Made by a program: the position numbers and the translations under genes
The notes under the pieces: generated by a model
Database searches by the model: none
Seen by the model: the letters and a program-made list of their open reading frames with translations, nothing else
Told to the model about the DNA's origin: nothing
Source: Owenia fusiformis
Taxonomy: Eukaryota
Reading direction: 5' to 3'
DNA length: 64,000 bases
Assembly (NCBI GenBank): GCA_903813345.2
Contig: CAIIXF020000001.1
Coordinates: 37,882,001 to 37,946,000 of the forward strand
Shown here: one piece after another, positions 1 to 13,300 of the stretch
How positions within the stretch are numbered: the stretch's first letter is position 1
Layout of the letters: the number at the start of each line of letters is the position of its first letter

Positions 1-66
1 CAGCAGTGACCAATCAGATCACTTGTTTACTAATGAACTTGCCAAGCAATTGCAGGTTTTCAGATA

Positions 67-583
67 CTGTACGCCCAGTATTATTCGCGAGCTTTAATTT
101 CGCGAATTTTGCGAAAACACGGTTTCGCGGCTATTAAATTTCGTGAAACTGTCGATTCGGAGATTTTGAAGTGTTTAGCAGCGCTTGAATTGCCATTCAG
201 TAATGCGTGCCGGGCTATGTTTGCCCTTTCTGCATCGTTATACACCTTACATGTCCCGGAATTGGACTTCATGTTATCTTTTGCAATTTGCACTTCATTT
301 GCAATGATGTCATCGATATCATTATTAGGCCTACTGGTGGTACTGGGCCGAATCAGCCAACGTAAAATGGACATTACTGAAGTCCTGAAGATCGTGGATA
401 TCCAATTATCGCCCAATAACACTAGACGAAACGTTTACACAAAACGAAATGCATCAGAGCCCCGGGTAATAACAAATTCCCAGGGATTTAATTGGCAATT
501 TCGCGACGATAATTTTTCGCAATTCTAACACCATCGCGAAAAGCGCGAAAGTTAATCGCACGCGAATAATACCGGGCGTACAG
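67..583 (-). mobile_element. Internally deleted Tc1/mariner (pogo-like) DNA transposon with remnant HTH-coding sequence
   Basis: About 40-bp imperfect TIRs (CTGTACGCCCAGTATTATTCGCG ... CGCGAATAATACCGGGCGTACAG) flanked by TA (65-66, 584-585). Minus-strand ORF 81-422 contains YNDAERANIARHALLNGNSSAAKHFKISESTV, resembling an N-terminal transposase helix-turn-helix. Confidence 0.75.
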
Positions 584-836
584 TATTCTCTCTTTTAGAC
601 AGCATTATTCACTCTATATCATCTGACTGAGTTTCAATCTTAGGTAAGAGCTACAAACTATCAATTTTCTATCAACTCCCCATGGCTTTGTGAAAATAAT
701 ACACTAAATATTGTTGAAATCTCCATCTTAACAAGTGGTCTAAGTCAGAGTTGTTCAATTGTCTTTTCTATATACAGCTTACTATTACTTTTCCCTTGGC
801 CTATGCTAGGGACGTAGCCGCTAGCCAGCAATTTCT

Positions 837-1002
837 CACTGGCAGATCCAGGGGGAACCCAGAAAAAAATTTTAGCCTCAAAAAATGGGCATCTTTTGGC
901 ATAATTTGGTCTATTTGGTCTTTTTTTAGGCCAAATTATCAAAAATGGGCCCAATTTTTTGTTTTAGGGCCCCCTCCTTGTTAGCTTCTGGATCCACCAG
1001 TA
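837..1002. mobile_element. Short MITE-like element
   Basis: Imperfect inverted ends CACTGGCAGATCCAG / CTGGATCCACCAGTA; no clear TSD. Confidence 0.45.
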
Positions 1003-1377
1003 CAGTGCTTCTAGTCTACTACTTGGTGAATGAAGTTCATCATTCTAGACCACGGACCTCTGCCAGATAAGCTCCTCTGTGTCTAGGCTCAATAAATATC
1101 TTATCTTCCCATTTATCCTTTGAGCCTACTACTGACCTGCCAACAGGGGCTGGATCTGGCTCCGGATCTGTGTTCTAGACTACTGCATGATGTTACGCCT
1201 GCTTTGGATAATTTTGATATTTTTACATATTTTAGATTTAAATGTCCTCTTTTGAATATTCATAACCAGGTGTTATTAATTTCTATATATTTTTCTTCGA
1301 AATGTTAATTCTTATGTTATAGAAAAAAAGAAAAACTTCCTGGCACTTCCTGGAAGTTCCTGGCACTCTAGATTAAC

Positions 1378-4300
1378 ATGGATCACACGAAAGCACAGCC
1401 ATCAAAAAACACAACTCTACCTTTATCTGAAAAATCTAGTGTCATTCATACAAATGATGATACGGATCCCAATATAAATCTTGACGATGACATTGCCATT
1501 ACACAACATGAGGCTGTTAACATGGTTCAAGATGATTGCGACATTGCAAATGCTGGTGATGGTGAACATGCTGAACAACTGAATTTAAGTTCTCAATGTA
1601 TGGACATTGATAAAAAAGAAGGTACTTAATCATTAGTGTAACACCTGTTGAATTTTCCTAGAGTCCTTTGTTGTATCATTGAAGTCTCTAAGATATTTTT
1701 TGTTTCCTAGTTTGAGAGATAATTTAAGTTCATAAGAGCGTTAAATGCTAACTGTGATGATTAGGCTTAGGAAATAACTTGGCCTTGGATATTTTATTTC
1801 AGAAGGCCATACTGGGAACCAGGATCTTGAAGGACCAACATTGCGAGACATCATGTACTTTAGGGATCATCTTCTTGAAATGGTAGAGGAACTTCGCATA
1901 AGAAGGGTAAATGTTTTATGTGACACTATTAATTAAAATGCTTTATGTTAATCAACATTCAAAAAATCATTCTTTTTGTTTCACTAGGTGACAAGAGAAG
2001 GCTTCGTGGTTAAGGTCTTCACAATACAAAATTGATAAAAAAATGAATATGTGAATTGTTATTCTATTGCCAAGTTTGTAATTTTAAAAAATTCACCTTA
2101 ACAATGGCATAATTGTGTGCTCTATTCCATTTAAAATCTCCTTTCCTGCCCCAAGTTTTTGTCAAATGAACTTTCACCCTCTACTCTTGATGTGTTACAC
2201 TTGCAGGTTGCAGAGAGAGGATATGATGAGCAGATAACAGCTATGAGGAAAGATAATCAGGAACTACAAGAAATCAATGTGAGTGGTCTTGATCTTGTCT
2301 TATACTGAACATGTACAAAACATATATTTTGTCTATTCATCAATTAAATACTTCCAAGTTTCATACATGAGATGAATAGAGAATATCCTATGATTTTTGA
2401 GGGATATCATTTTTATCCATTTTTTCCATGAGTGGATATCATCCATCTCCACAAGTGAGCATAGCAAATAGAATAATTTATCCCATTATGAAACTTGGTA
2501 GTATTTTGTATGTATTTTCATTAATAAATAGACGAAATTTATGTATGAAAGTGTTGATGGATTTCTTGAAATTAATGAGAATGAGAACAAATCTAGATAA
2601 GGGTGTCCTGAATCTAACATGTGTTTTAGTTTTTTCATGTCCGTGTGAAATGGAAGTCCATCATCTGCTGGAGGTCCCAGAATTTCTGACACATTTCTTT
2701 ATATAAACTTATCTTGATAAAACCTCTTTCCCAAGAGAGTAAATGAACATTTCATTATTTCAGGCTGGAATTCTGTCTCAACTTGCAGACATGGAGAGTA
2801 CACATACAACAATTATAGCTGAGACTGAGAAATCTCACCAGGCAATGCTGACTGCTGCTAAGAAAATTGAGGTAAAGTAGTTTATTGGTTTTAATTATTT
2901 ATTTCATGAAAGTCTTACTTCAAGCCTTTGAGCAGTCTGTAATTACCCCTGCACACTAGAAATGGGACAATGGTATACAATCTTTAAGTATGGAACATTT
3001 TCGGAAGTCAGGAAAACATTTATGAGACCAGTACTAATGTTAACACTAATTGTGATTTACTAGTATGTATTCATACTACTCTGGATACTATAGAACATCT
3101 AAATTTTTGAAGAGTATGAAACAAAATAGTTGATCAGTTTTCCAAAGGGTAAGGGATGATATGATTTCTGATCAAATATGGTGAGAAGAAAGGTGATATC
3201 ATATCAGATTAAGGCTGTATAAAAAGTAAAAGCAATAAGTTAAACTCAAATAATATATATCCCTTTGATTGTACTGTTTTCATGAATTTTTCAAGAATTC
3301 TTTTTTAGCAGGAAATTTTATCCAAAGTAATAGTCTCCTCATAGGCAAAAGGACGATAGAAATAATTTTTTTAATAAAGAGGGCAGACTGATCATCTGTG
3401 TTAATAGTATATTAATAGGATTTTACTGCTGCTGCCATCTTTATATAGGCCCAAAACCATTGCTATTAGTTGCTATTATATGTGTAGTGTGATCAAAAGC
3501 CTGATGACCAAGCTCAAATTGTACAAATAGATTTATAATACATTCTTTTGCATTATATTATTGTTGTTTTTCTTTTATACATGTTAGAGTCAAAAGTCTT
3601 CTGTTTATCGGTTGTTAAAATTGATGTTACATTGAAGGTCCAAAAATAAAAGCTATTAAAAGTAAGAGGTGAAAATATAAAAGTATTTAAACTAAGGTAA
3701 GAAGGCAGTGTGCCTAGCTGATGGGGACTTGGGGTAATTGTCGTTCATATAAAAGATCTAATATAATCTTATATCATCTCTAGGAGAAGAAAGTGAATGT
3801 TGCAGAGAATCTGGAGAAAGAGAATGAAGCTTTGAAGATGGAAATACAAACATTCAAGGTATTTAATGTCTTATCCAGCTTTCATCTACCAAGGAGTTTA
3901 TCTTATTTTTAGCTCACATGTTAGCTCACATGGTGAGCTATTGCAATCACTCACTTGTCCGTCTGTCTGTCTGTCCGTCAGTCCGTCCGTCCGTCTGTCC
4001 GTTCGTCCGTCCATTCCGTCCGTCTGTCTGTCTGTGAACAATTTGCCAGTTTTAAAAGCTCTGTCAATAGGATTCCTGTTTTAAGTTATTTTTGTTCAAC
4101 ATCAATATAGAAAACCTCCCTATGACTCCTGGTTCAAAAGCTCGCCTATTTTCAAAATGGCCACCATTTTTGTCTCGCGAAATTCACTTCTGGACCATTT
4201 GCTTTAAAACCTGTGTTGATAGGATTCCCGTTTTGAGTTATTTTTTTTAAACATCAATACAGAAAACTCCCTTATGACTCCAGGTTCTAAAGGTCGCCTA

Positions 4301-7300
4301 TTTTCAAAATGGTCACCATTTTTGCCTCTCGAAATTCACTTTTGGCCCATTTCCTAGCTTTACAAATAATTTCAGGTGCCCTGCATTGTAAAAATCCATG
4401 TCACTGTAAAGAGTAGTTGTATTTGTTTTTTATATTCAGCCATTTTAGTTAACATTGATTTGTCCATCTATCTCAAGAAATCCACTTTTGGACCATTTGC
4501 CTTAAAACCTCTGTAGATAGGATTCCCGTTTTAAGTTATTTTTGTTCAACATCAATACAGAAAACTCCCCTATGACTCCTGGTTCAAAAGCTCGCCAGTA
4601 TTTTCAAAATAGTCACCATTTTTGTCTTGCGAAATTCACCATGTGAGCCCAGTACCCAGGGTACTATTTATACAAAATTGCATGCTGCTCTACTTTTTCA
4701 TCAGAATTCATAAAGTTTTAGATTTTGATCAAAATATGTAAATTTTACCCTTTCCATAAAACTTTTGAAGATTTTCCTCAGCAAAATCTTACAGGGTGCT
4801 TGCGTAAGCTCATCCAGATGATTATGTTGAAGTTGAAGTATAATCCATTATTATCCAATATTGTTATATTCCTTTTCATACAGAGCAGTAAATTATTTGA
4901 TTTGAGTTTTTGTCAGGATTTTCGTAATCTTCTAAAACAAGGTAGCGTGACAAAAACCATGACACTATAAACATGAACTTAAAGGTTAAAGAGTATGAAA
5001 AAGAGAAACAAGTTACTGATTTAGAAAGGTCCCTACAACTACTGAGCAGCAACAAAGACTGGGGCATGAAACAGCTGGTTACAATAGAGGAGACTTGCCA
5101 CCAATTGACCTCTAAGTTAGAACATATTGAGGAAAGGAGACTCAAGCTTGAAGCCAATGGTATGGTTTTTTTGGAATATTGTTTTCATAAATCTAATTTT
5201 GTATCAAGTCTGTAGTCCCCAATTATATATCCTGTGTATATGTATCTGAAAGGTAGCTGTATCTGAAAGGTAGCTAATTCACGGTGTTATAGCATGACAG
5301 ATACGCCACCTCTGAAAACGAGGTTAGTCGAATACGATCACTGATTTATCCAATAAAATGGCCACAATGAAACAGAAAGCTAAGGTAGGTGCATTATGTT
5401 CTACTACTGCGTATCAATAAAAGCACGAAAGATTTATGTAAGCGTCGCATTCGGTGATGCATTCAGTAATGTTTATTTTGAACGTAGTCTTTGTAAATCG
5501 ACGCCCATGGATAACATGAAATAAGCGAAAAACTGTCGAGTTTGAAATTCAAAACTTCATAAAATTTAGTAATTTGTTTCTTTTCCTCGTTAGAGCATGC
5601 TCTACATTGCGCAACAACCTTGGTGTATATAAATGTAACCTAAATAAGATCATACAAAGCCAATTAATCATTGTAAACCACTTAATATGTTCTACTCAAG
5701 CCATAATAATGTATTTTGAATTTGCGGATACGCCAAAAATTGATAGACAGTTACGCGAACCTCGTTCATGTATGTAAAACCGAATCATTTCATATCGCTT
5801 GTGATCCAAAATTGAAATGTTTTTCAACCGGATTTGAGTTTTGTAAGCTATAATAGATGAAATCGTATTATTACCACCTTGCAGGGCCTGTTCTAGGGGT
5901 TTTAGTACTAGTTGAGAAGGCATTTAAATTGCTATATTGACGTGAGCAATATTGTGTCAGGCGTTAATGACTTTAGTCGGGCAATAATGATATTATACGC
6001 CCGGCTATGTTTCCCGGGAAAAGTGATATCGTTCAGTGCGTAAGATTTTCTATTTCAAATTTGCTATTTCAGCCCTGGGCATTAACGGTGGTAAAATGGT
6101 AATAACGTCATTTCTGCGGGCAAAATAGTGAAATATTGGACCTTGGGCCTGCGGCCCTTGGTCCAATATTTCACTATATTGCCCGCAGAAATGACGTTAT
6201 TGTACTATTATGAAGATGGTGACATAAACAGCTGAATATGATTTGTAATAATGGTAATATATGTCTAATGTCAATTATGACATCATCAATTCATTTGGAG
6301 TTGTTTTCTTCCGTCGCCTGTTCGTTGTTACTAATTTCTTCCTTTGCCTCCTCATTACAATCATTTTCACTTTCATTGGCTTTCGCTATTTTTTCCTTGC
6401 CCTATAGAGGCTCAAGCAAGAGCGTCTCTTGCGAGTCCTGAAAACAAATATAGGCAGTTCACACATAGAGAGCTATCCATCTAGGGACCTTGACTTGACA
6501 GGAACCTGCATGTACATGTAACCGTCCGCTAACATCTAATGTAAAACTAATACAATGCGTTGCTGTCCATAAAAAAGCATGCAATACATACGTATCTGTC
6601 TAACGACCTTGCGATTGAAACCTTATTATCTACAATATTTACCACATTTCTGTTCTGCATTTGTCATTTTATGGCTTGTTTATACACAGTTTACGTACAG
6701 TTAGTATTTTGAGTGGCTCTGAGGCACATATACTGAGAAAACACGAAAAAGGACTAAAAATTATGAACTTCGAAATCTCAGCTGGGTAGGTTTACAGCTT
6801 ATATTCTGCTTCTTGTAGACCACACGACAGATTTAACTCAATCTTTATAAACATTCACATATGCATCACCGAATGGAACTAGTTGAAAAGGAAAGCTTAT
6901 CTGTGAATCTTGCCTACAGGCGAAAAAGAGGACATGCTGTCTTTCCCGTCCGCCATTTTTTGTTATCGTTACCGCAAAATTTGGCCAATTGCCTTGTCGT
7001 ATCTGTCATGCTATAACACCGTGTAATTGTTTTCCATATACAAAATGTACATGCAGGCATGTCAACTTGGGAACACCTAACATGAGTGACTTACAAATGT
7101 TGAACACCTTAGTTCCTTCAAATTGTGGACACCTTGGTCCAAGACTGGACACCTTGGTCAGAATATTGGACACCTCAATTTTTCCCGCTCGCTAATGATC
7201 GCGTTTAAAAACTCCGTCAATGGGGGGTATGTACAAAAGATATTGAAGCAAATATGTGGCATATTCACAAATTTCGAACCAAATGCGTGACATATAGAGA

Positions 7301-10300
7301 ATTCGCGTGAATAGTCCAAACGGAATGCGTTCACTTTTTTTTCCTTGTTCGTTTTTTTATGTATCGGCATTCATTTTTGAAATTCTTCTACAGAAATGTT
7401 TTTGCATGACAATTATCAGGTAAAATGTGTATTTAGATATTGACTCTTTGGTAGAGCTCGATTTATTTTTGCCTAATCCTGAATTGGGTTTTCTGTTAGT
7501 TGAGGCTACACATGGGTATACATAAAGCAAGATTGATGGGACAAATAACAATATAGGGAAAATGAGTGTTAGACTTGAAGTGCAATTTATAGCCTCAAAT
7601 AAAGTTTTCAGTCTTTCAGTTATCTGTTTCCCCTAGCTATGTATATATACACTGTAGTTATGTTACTACATGGGAAGACAATATACCATGATACATGTCT
7701 TTGTTGCGAAACTAAATCAGTCAGTATCTAACTCACTATTCACAGCAATTTCTCAAAACAGGCTAAATAAATGAAAACAACAGGCAAACTTAATGGAAAT
7801 GGAATTTAACATGGAAAGTCCATAAAAACAACAGGCAATTTTGTGAAAACAACTAGTGAAAATGGCCTGTTGCCTGCTGCTAATGAAACCCCTGATCTCT
7901 CTATTTCAGTTGAGAAGGCAACAGAATTGAATAAAAGCCTAACATTGGTGAATCTCCACCAAGAATGTATGACAGAGGAACTGAGGCAGGAGAACAAGGA
8001 GCTACAGAGTCTCCTTAGGGAGACAAGAGTTCAGAAACATAAGGAACCAGTTGAAGATAACCAGAAACTAACACAGGCTGAGCTTACTGTAGAGAAGCTC
8101 AACCAACAACATAAACTGGTAAGGTTTACTATATTGCATATTATGTTGGGGAGGGTTGGGTCACTAATTATCGCACTCCACCTCTACCCCCAGCAGATTC
8201 CCCTGACTAAAGGGCAGAAACAAAACATAATGCAAATACATGTATTAATAGCTGGTAATCGAATTCTTGATTTGATGAACTAAATTTTTTCATATACATG
8301 TATATAAGAACTATTCCCAGCAAAAATATAGGCAGATAGTCATTTAATCATTCATTCATTCAATCATTTTACCATTCATTCAGAGGTTAATACATAGCTG
8401 ACTTTGTAATTCTTTGTTTCAGCTTTGTACAGAAATTGGTGATTTAAAGCAAGATCTGGAAAAAGCAGATATTAAACATAAGGTGATTTGAACTTTCTAT
8501 ATACAGTAGTTGTACTTTGTTAAGCATAATTTTGTTCTTTATTACAATTTCTGAGTATAGGCTCTGTCAGTTGATTGGTTTATCAGTTTCTCCATCCAGG
8601 CATTAACTTAAAATTAATTGTTGTATGCAAAAAAGAAAACGTTTCAAGATGGCCGGAACTTGAAAGATTACAGAAAAAACTTAACCTGAGATACATGCAC
8701 ATCATTAACATATTTTACCATTCATAGGTTGATGCGAAGTTACTGGAAGAATGTCACATAGTGCTTAGTAAGCAGGTAGATTGCGGGGAGGGACAGACTG
8801 TACAAATCAAACAGCTTGAGGACAACCTGAATGCCCTACAAGACAAACATACTAGCCTAGAAGAGCTACATAGGGAGACTGACAACAAGCTGAAAGAGAA
8901 AGAAGAATTGTGTAACCAACTTAGAAAGACATTGGAAGTGAAAGTAAGCTGAATACATTTATTTTTGAAAAGTAATTTTGTAAGTAGTGAAAAGTTAACA
9001 AAACGTTTTACAAATTGTTATGCTTTTTGCAAAATTACAAATAGCAATGTAAAATCTTTGTAATGTAAAAACTATCTAATGTTTGAAGTAATGCTTGTAT
9101 CCGTTTTATGTAGATTAATACTGGTATTTTGTCCTGGCTCTATTTGACGCAAAATGCTATAAGTTATTGAATGATTTTAAGTGCAATACAGGATATTATC
9201 GTATGATCTGTAAAATGAAACCTTCTCATTGGTCAGTTCTTGTGCTGTACCAATCTGTATTGCTACTGAGATTGTTCCCGTTGATCATCTCCGTCGCAAT
9301 ACAGAAAATATTGGTACGGAGGGGACAATCTCAGTAGCAATACAGAGGATTACACGATAAAAATGTTATGGAATGATTTGAAGTGCAATACAGGATATAT
9401 TCTGTCTCGATATTCTGTATTGGCACTCGACTTCGTCTTGTACCAATACAGAATTTCTCGAGTAGAATATATATCCTGTATTGCACTTCAAATCATTCAA
9501 TAACTTATATATTCTGCTCAAGAAATTCTGTATTGTCACAAGACAAAGCGGAGTGCCAATACAGAATATCAAGAGCACAATGTATCCTGATTTGCACTTC
9601 AAATCATTCTATAATGTTTTTATCGTGTGATCTTAGGTCAATACATTTTACTTATGAGAGAATCCCTAAGAAATATTCTGTATTCTGTATTGCTACTAAA
9701 ATTGTGTCCTCCATACCAATATTTTCTGTATTGCTATGGAGATGATCAATGTGGACAATATCGGTATCAATGCAGATCGACAGCACAAGAACTGACCGAT
9801 CAGAGGGCTTCATTTTACAGATCATACAATAAAGTCTGTATCATTTATAATGTTCCCAAATCTGTTGCAATTGATGTTGAGAAGTATCATTGTCACACAG
9901 TTTTGCAAAAAGGACATTTTAGCCATTTTTGCAATATGTTACTCTATATAATTTCATAAAGAGCTTTCTATTGATCTTTTTGTATTTTATTGATTATACT
10001 TATCTGTGACATATTTGTAACTTGACCTACTGTTACAAAATGTCATTTTATAATAAATATGTGATAATAATAAACTTTGTTTCCAGGAGAATGAACTGAT
10101 TGATCGTTACACAAGACTTAATGAGGAGTACAAGCAACTTGTTATATCTCACACATCACTGGAAGATCACAACACAAAGTGGTCAGACACAAACCTGCAG
10201 TTAACCAATCAGATACAGCAATTAAAGGTTACTTTATTCTCCATATAATGTTGGTTAGCTTTGAATATTATATACTTTCAAAATGTGTTTTATATACAGG

Positions 10301-13300
10301 GTGTCCATAAAGTGTAACAATTTCAAGACAAACTCTGTATAGGGTAAGAGGAGGGAAAACCCCATGATTCAATTGATGACATACGATTTCCTCCTTCGCG
10401 CACCTCCTTTCCCGGAAGTATGTTTATTTGCTTACCCTCCATCTTGGTTTTCAAAGTTTTCAAATTGACCTAGTTTTAAACCAATCAACGATCGACTCGC
10501 TAAACCAATCAGCGACGATGTCATCTCAATACAGATTTACATTATAAGTGTATGTCATCTTTGAACTCTTGTATAGAGTGTAAAGAGACTTTATGGACAC
10601 CAAGATGGAACTTTAACCTGCTTTCATACTATACAATGATTATCTTGATTTAGTAGAAAAAGACCAATTATACAATGTTCAAAACATATAAATGGTTTTG
10701 TTTAAAGGTTTTGTATTGTTCCAAACATTGCCTACTATGCTACCTCATGTTGAGTTACCTTAAAACTATCTTTGAATATTTTCAAAACTTCTATTTTTGT
10801 TATACTCGTATTTTCCTAACTTACTGGTCATTACAGGATGAAGCCAAAAAGGTGGATCAACTAGATGCTTTGGTCCAAACGGACATTACTCCGACAAACA
10901 ACACTCTTGTTCAGACTGATACAGCACATAAGATGGAACACTCAACTCAAACATACATAGATATTGTCCCAAATAAGGAATCCCAGAAGGTATCTAGCAC
11001 AACAGCTTCAACTCAGACTTACACAGACAGTTCCAGTTCCCCTCATCCTGAGAACCAGGAGGTTATCAATGAGTCATTGGTATCTCCAACAGCAAGTGTA
11101 TCTGGAGAACTTGTCATAGAATCCACCATGGAAGTATTAAAATCTCAAGAATTAAGACAATCTACTAAATCGGTGGCAGGAGCTCCTAATAAACAGTCTC
11201 AAAAACTCTCAACAACTTTTCCAGTCTCAAATGAAATAAACAGTGAACCTGTAGGCATTCCTACAACTAAAGATACTACTACAATTGAAGGATCAACAAA
11301 TAAGCCATTCATTTCAAGCAGCTATACTGATGCTGATCTATCTGCTAGTGTTGAAACACTTGGAACAGATGGAGCAGATGAACCTCAGTCTAAAATAGAC
11401 ATTTCTAATGTACATGATATAAGTAAAAAGGACAAAGCAAACAAAGTTATGGATACTGTTAATGAAGATGCAACCATAATACCAGCTACACCTATTGAAA
11501 GAATAAACAGGTGGCACAACAAGGAACACCAAAGAGAAGACATCGGGAAGTTCAACCTATGAAAATGCCATCCAATGTATCCATACTACTAAATAATGGC
11601 TGTCCCGTGCTGGGTAATGCTGATGATCAAGACATCCCATCTTCAAACTCCAAGAACTCTTACTCAAAAGCTGCATCCTTGAATCACCTTGAAATGCCAT
11701 TACAGCCTCAGACCATTTCTCCAAAAGCACAAACTTCTCTTGTCATTGATGAAATCACAAGTTCAAATCCTAAAGCAATGTCTAAGAAACTTCTGTTCAT
11801 AGGTTCCAACGTCACGAATGAAAATCTAAATGAACAGATTTCAGTTCCACAACCCATATCTTCCAAACCCCAGGGTGTTTGTTCAAATCCATTGCTCAAA
11901 TCAGTGATCAAACCTCCTCAGCAGATCACCACTTGTCAACAAACGCCTACCAATGAGAGCAAGGGAAAACTACCGGAGAGATGCAAAGACAGTCCAATTG
12001 TAGCTCTTACTAAAACTCTCAGCGACCTGACCAATAGGCATAGCACTCCAACCATGTTCACCCCCAGGTTACCTTCTGAGCCATTATGTGAGAGCTCTTT
12101 CACACTAAAGACATTGTCATCTACTACACCCAAGCAGTCTAGACCTGCCCCTATGTTCAGTGTAGCCACAGGAGGTGTCAACTGCTCATCAACTGCAGCT
12201 ACAATAAGGCCAAGTGCATCATCTGAGTTAGCAGGTACTTTCACATTTAAATTGTTTTAATAGTCTAGCTACGAGCTCTTGTGACCCTCCCCCCCCCCTT
12301 TATACACACTTTCATATACCTATACACATCTTTGTGGTGAAGTAGTTATGGGGAAGGGATCCAGAGATTTGAAGCAAGATTAAATTGTTTTGATTTTAAC
12401 TGTTATTCATCTAAAAGTTCTTGTCTGCAATACCAGGCAAATTCCCATAAGGGGATTCATTTCAAATTTTTGGGAATTGTTCATTTTGTGTCTAGTTTAG
12501 TTTGTTGATGTCAGACAATTTACACTAAATGAGCACTGCTGATCTAACTAAAATTTCTCAATGAATTAAGAGGCTGTATATATGAGGCATTTCACACAAT
12601 AAACATTTTTACTAAGTATTCACTCAGAACAAGTAAAATAGATGTCTCTTAAGTAGTCTATACATGTATGTTTAGGGAAGCCTGCAAAGAGAAGATGTAT
12701 GGACATTGGATCTGTACCCACTGCAACCATATCTTCAACTGACAACATCTCAAAGGTTAGAGTACCTTGTTTTGAAATACTTCTTCTTATTCATTAATTA
12801 AAGAAAATTTCCTGTTCCCAGTTTAAGTGGTAGTAAATGAAAATTAAAGAAGAAATTGTTCAAAACCAGGAAAACACCATAATATAGGAATGGAATAAAA
12901 ATTTAAATCCTTGCACTATGATAAGCCTGCAGTATTGTAATTATTAATGATATGCAACTTACACAATCTATGAACTAAGACATCAACCTTCATTTCTGTA
13001 AATATTGAAGCTTCTGTCGATTTTGAAAGTTATATATTTATCATATTTCTAAATTGAAATTAGATTTTCTTTGTATTCTTGTTCGAAGTTTGGTAGGGAT
13101 ATAGTAAAGCCTCACATCTATCCCAAATATTACTTTTTCTTTGGTAAGTCATGGGAGTTCATAATAAATTGGAGATCTCTAATAAAAATGAAACTGAAGG
13201 TATTGGTATTTTAAAGTAGATCATGTTTTGTATCTTCTTTCTGATTTGAGATCTTGGAATTCATAATTCAAAACCTGAGTGTCCTATATTGATTTCCAAT

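Noticed and set aside
4940..4985. Purine-rich acceptor (TTAAAG) of CCDC73 exon 6 as a possible U12-type intron
   Set aside because: The upstream donor is GTATTT, not GTATCCTT, and there is no U12 branch motif; treated as a weak U2 acceptor.
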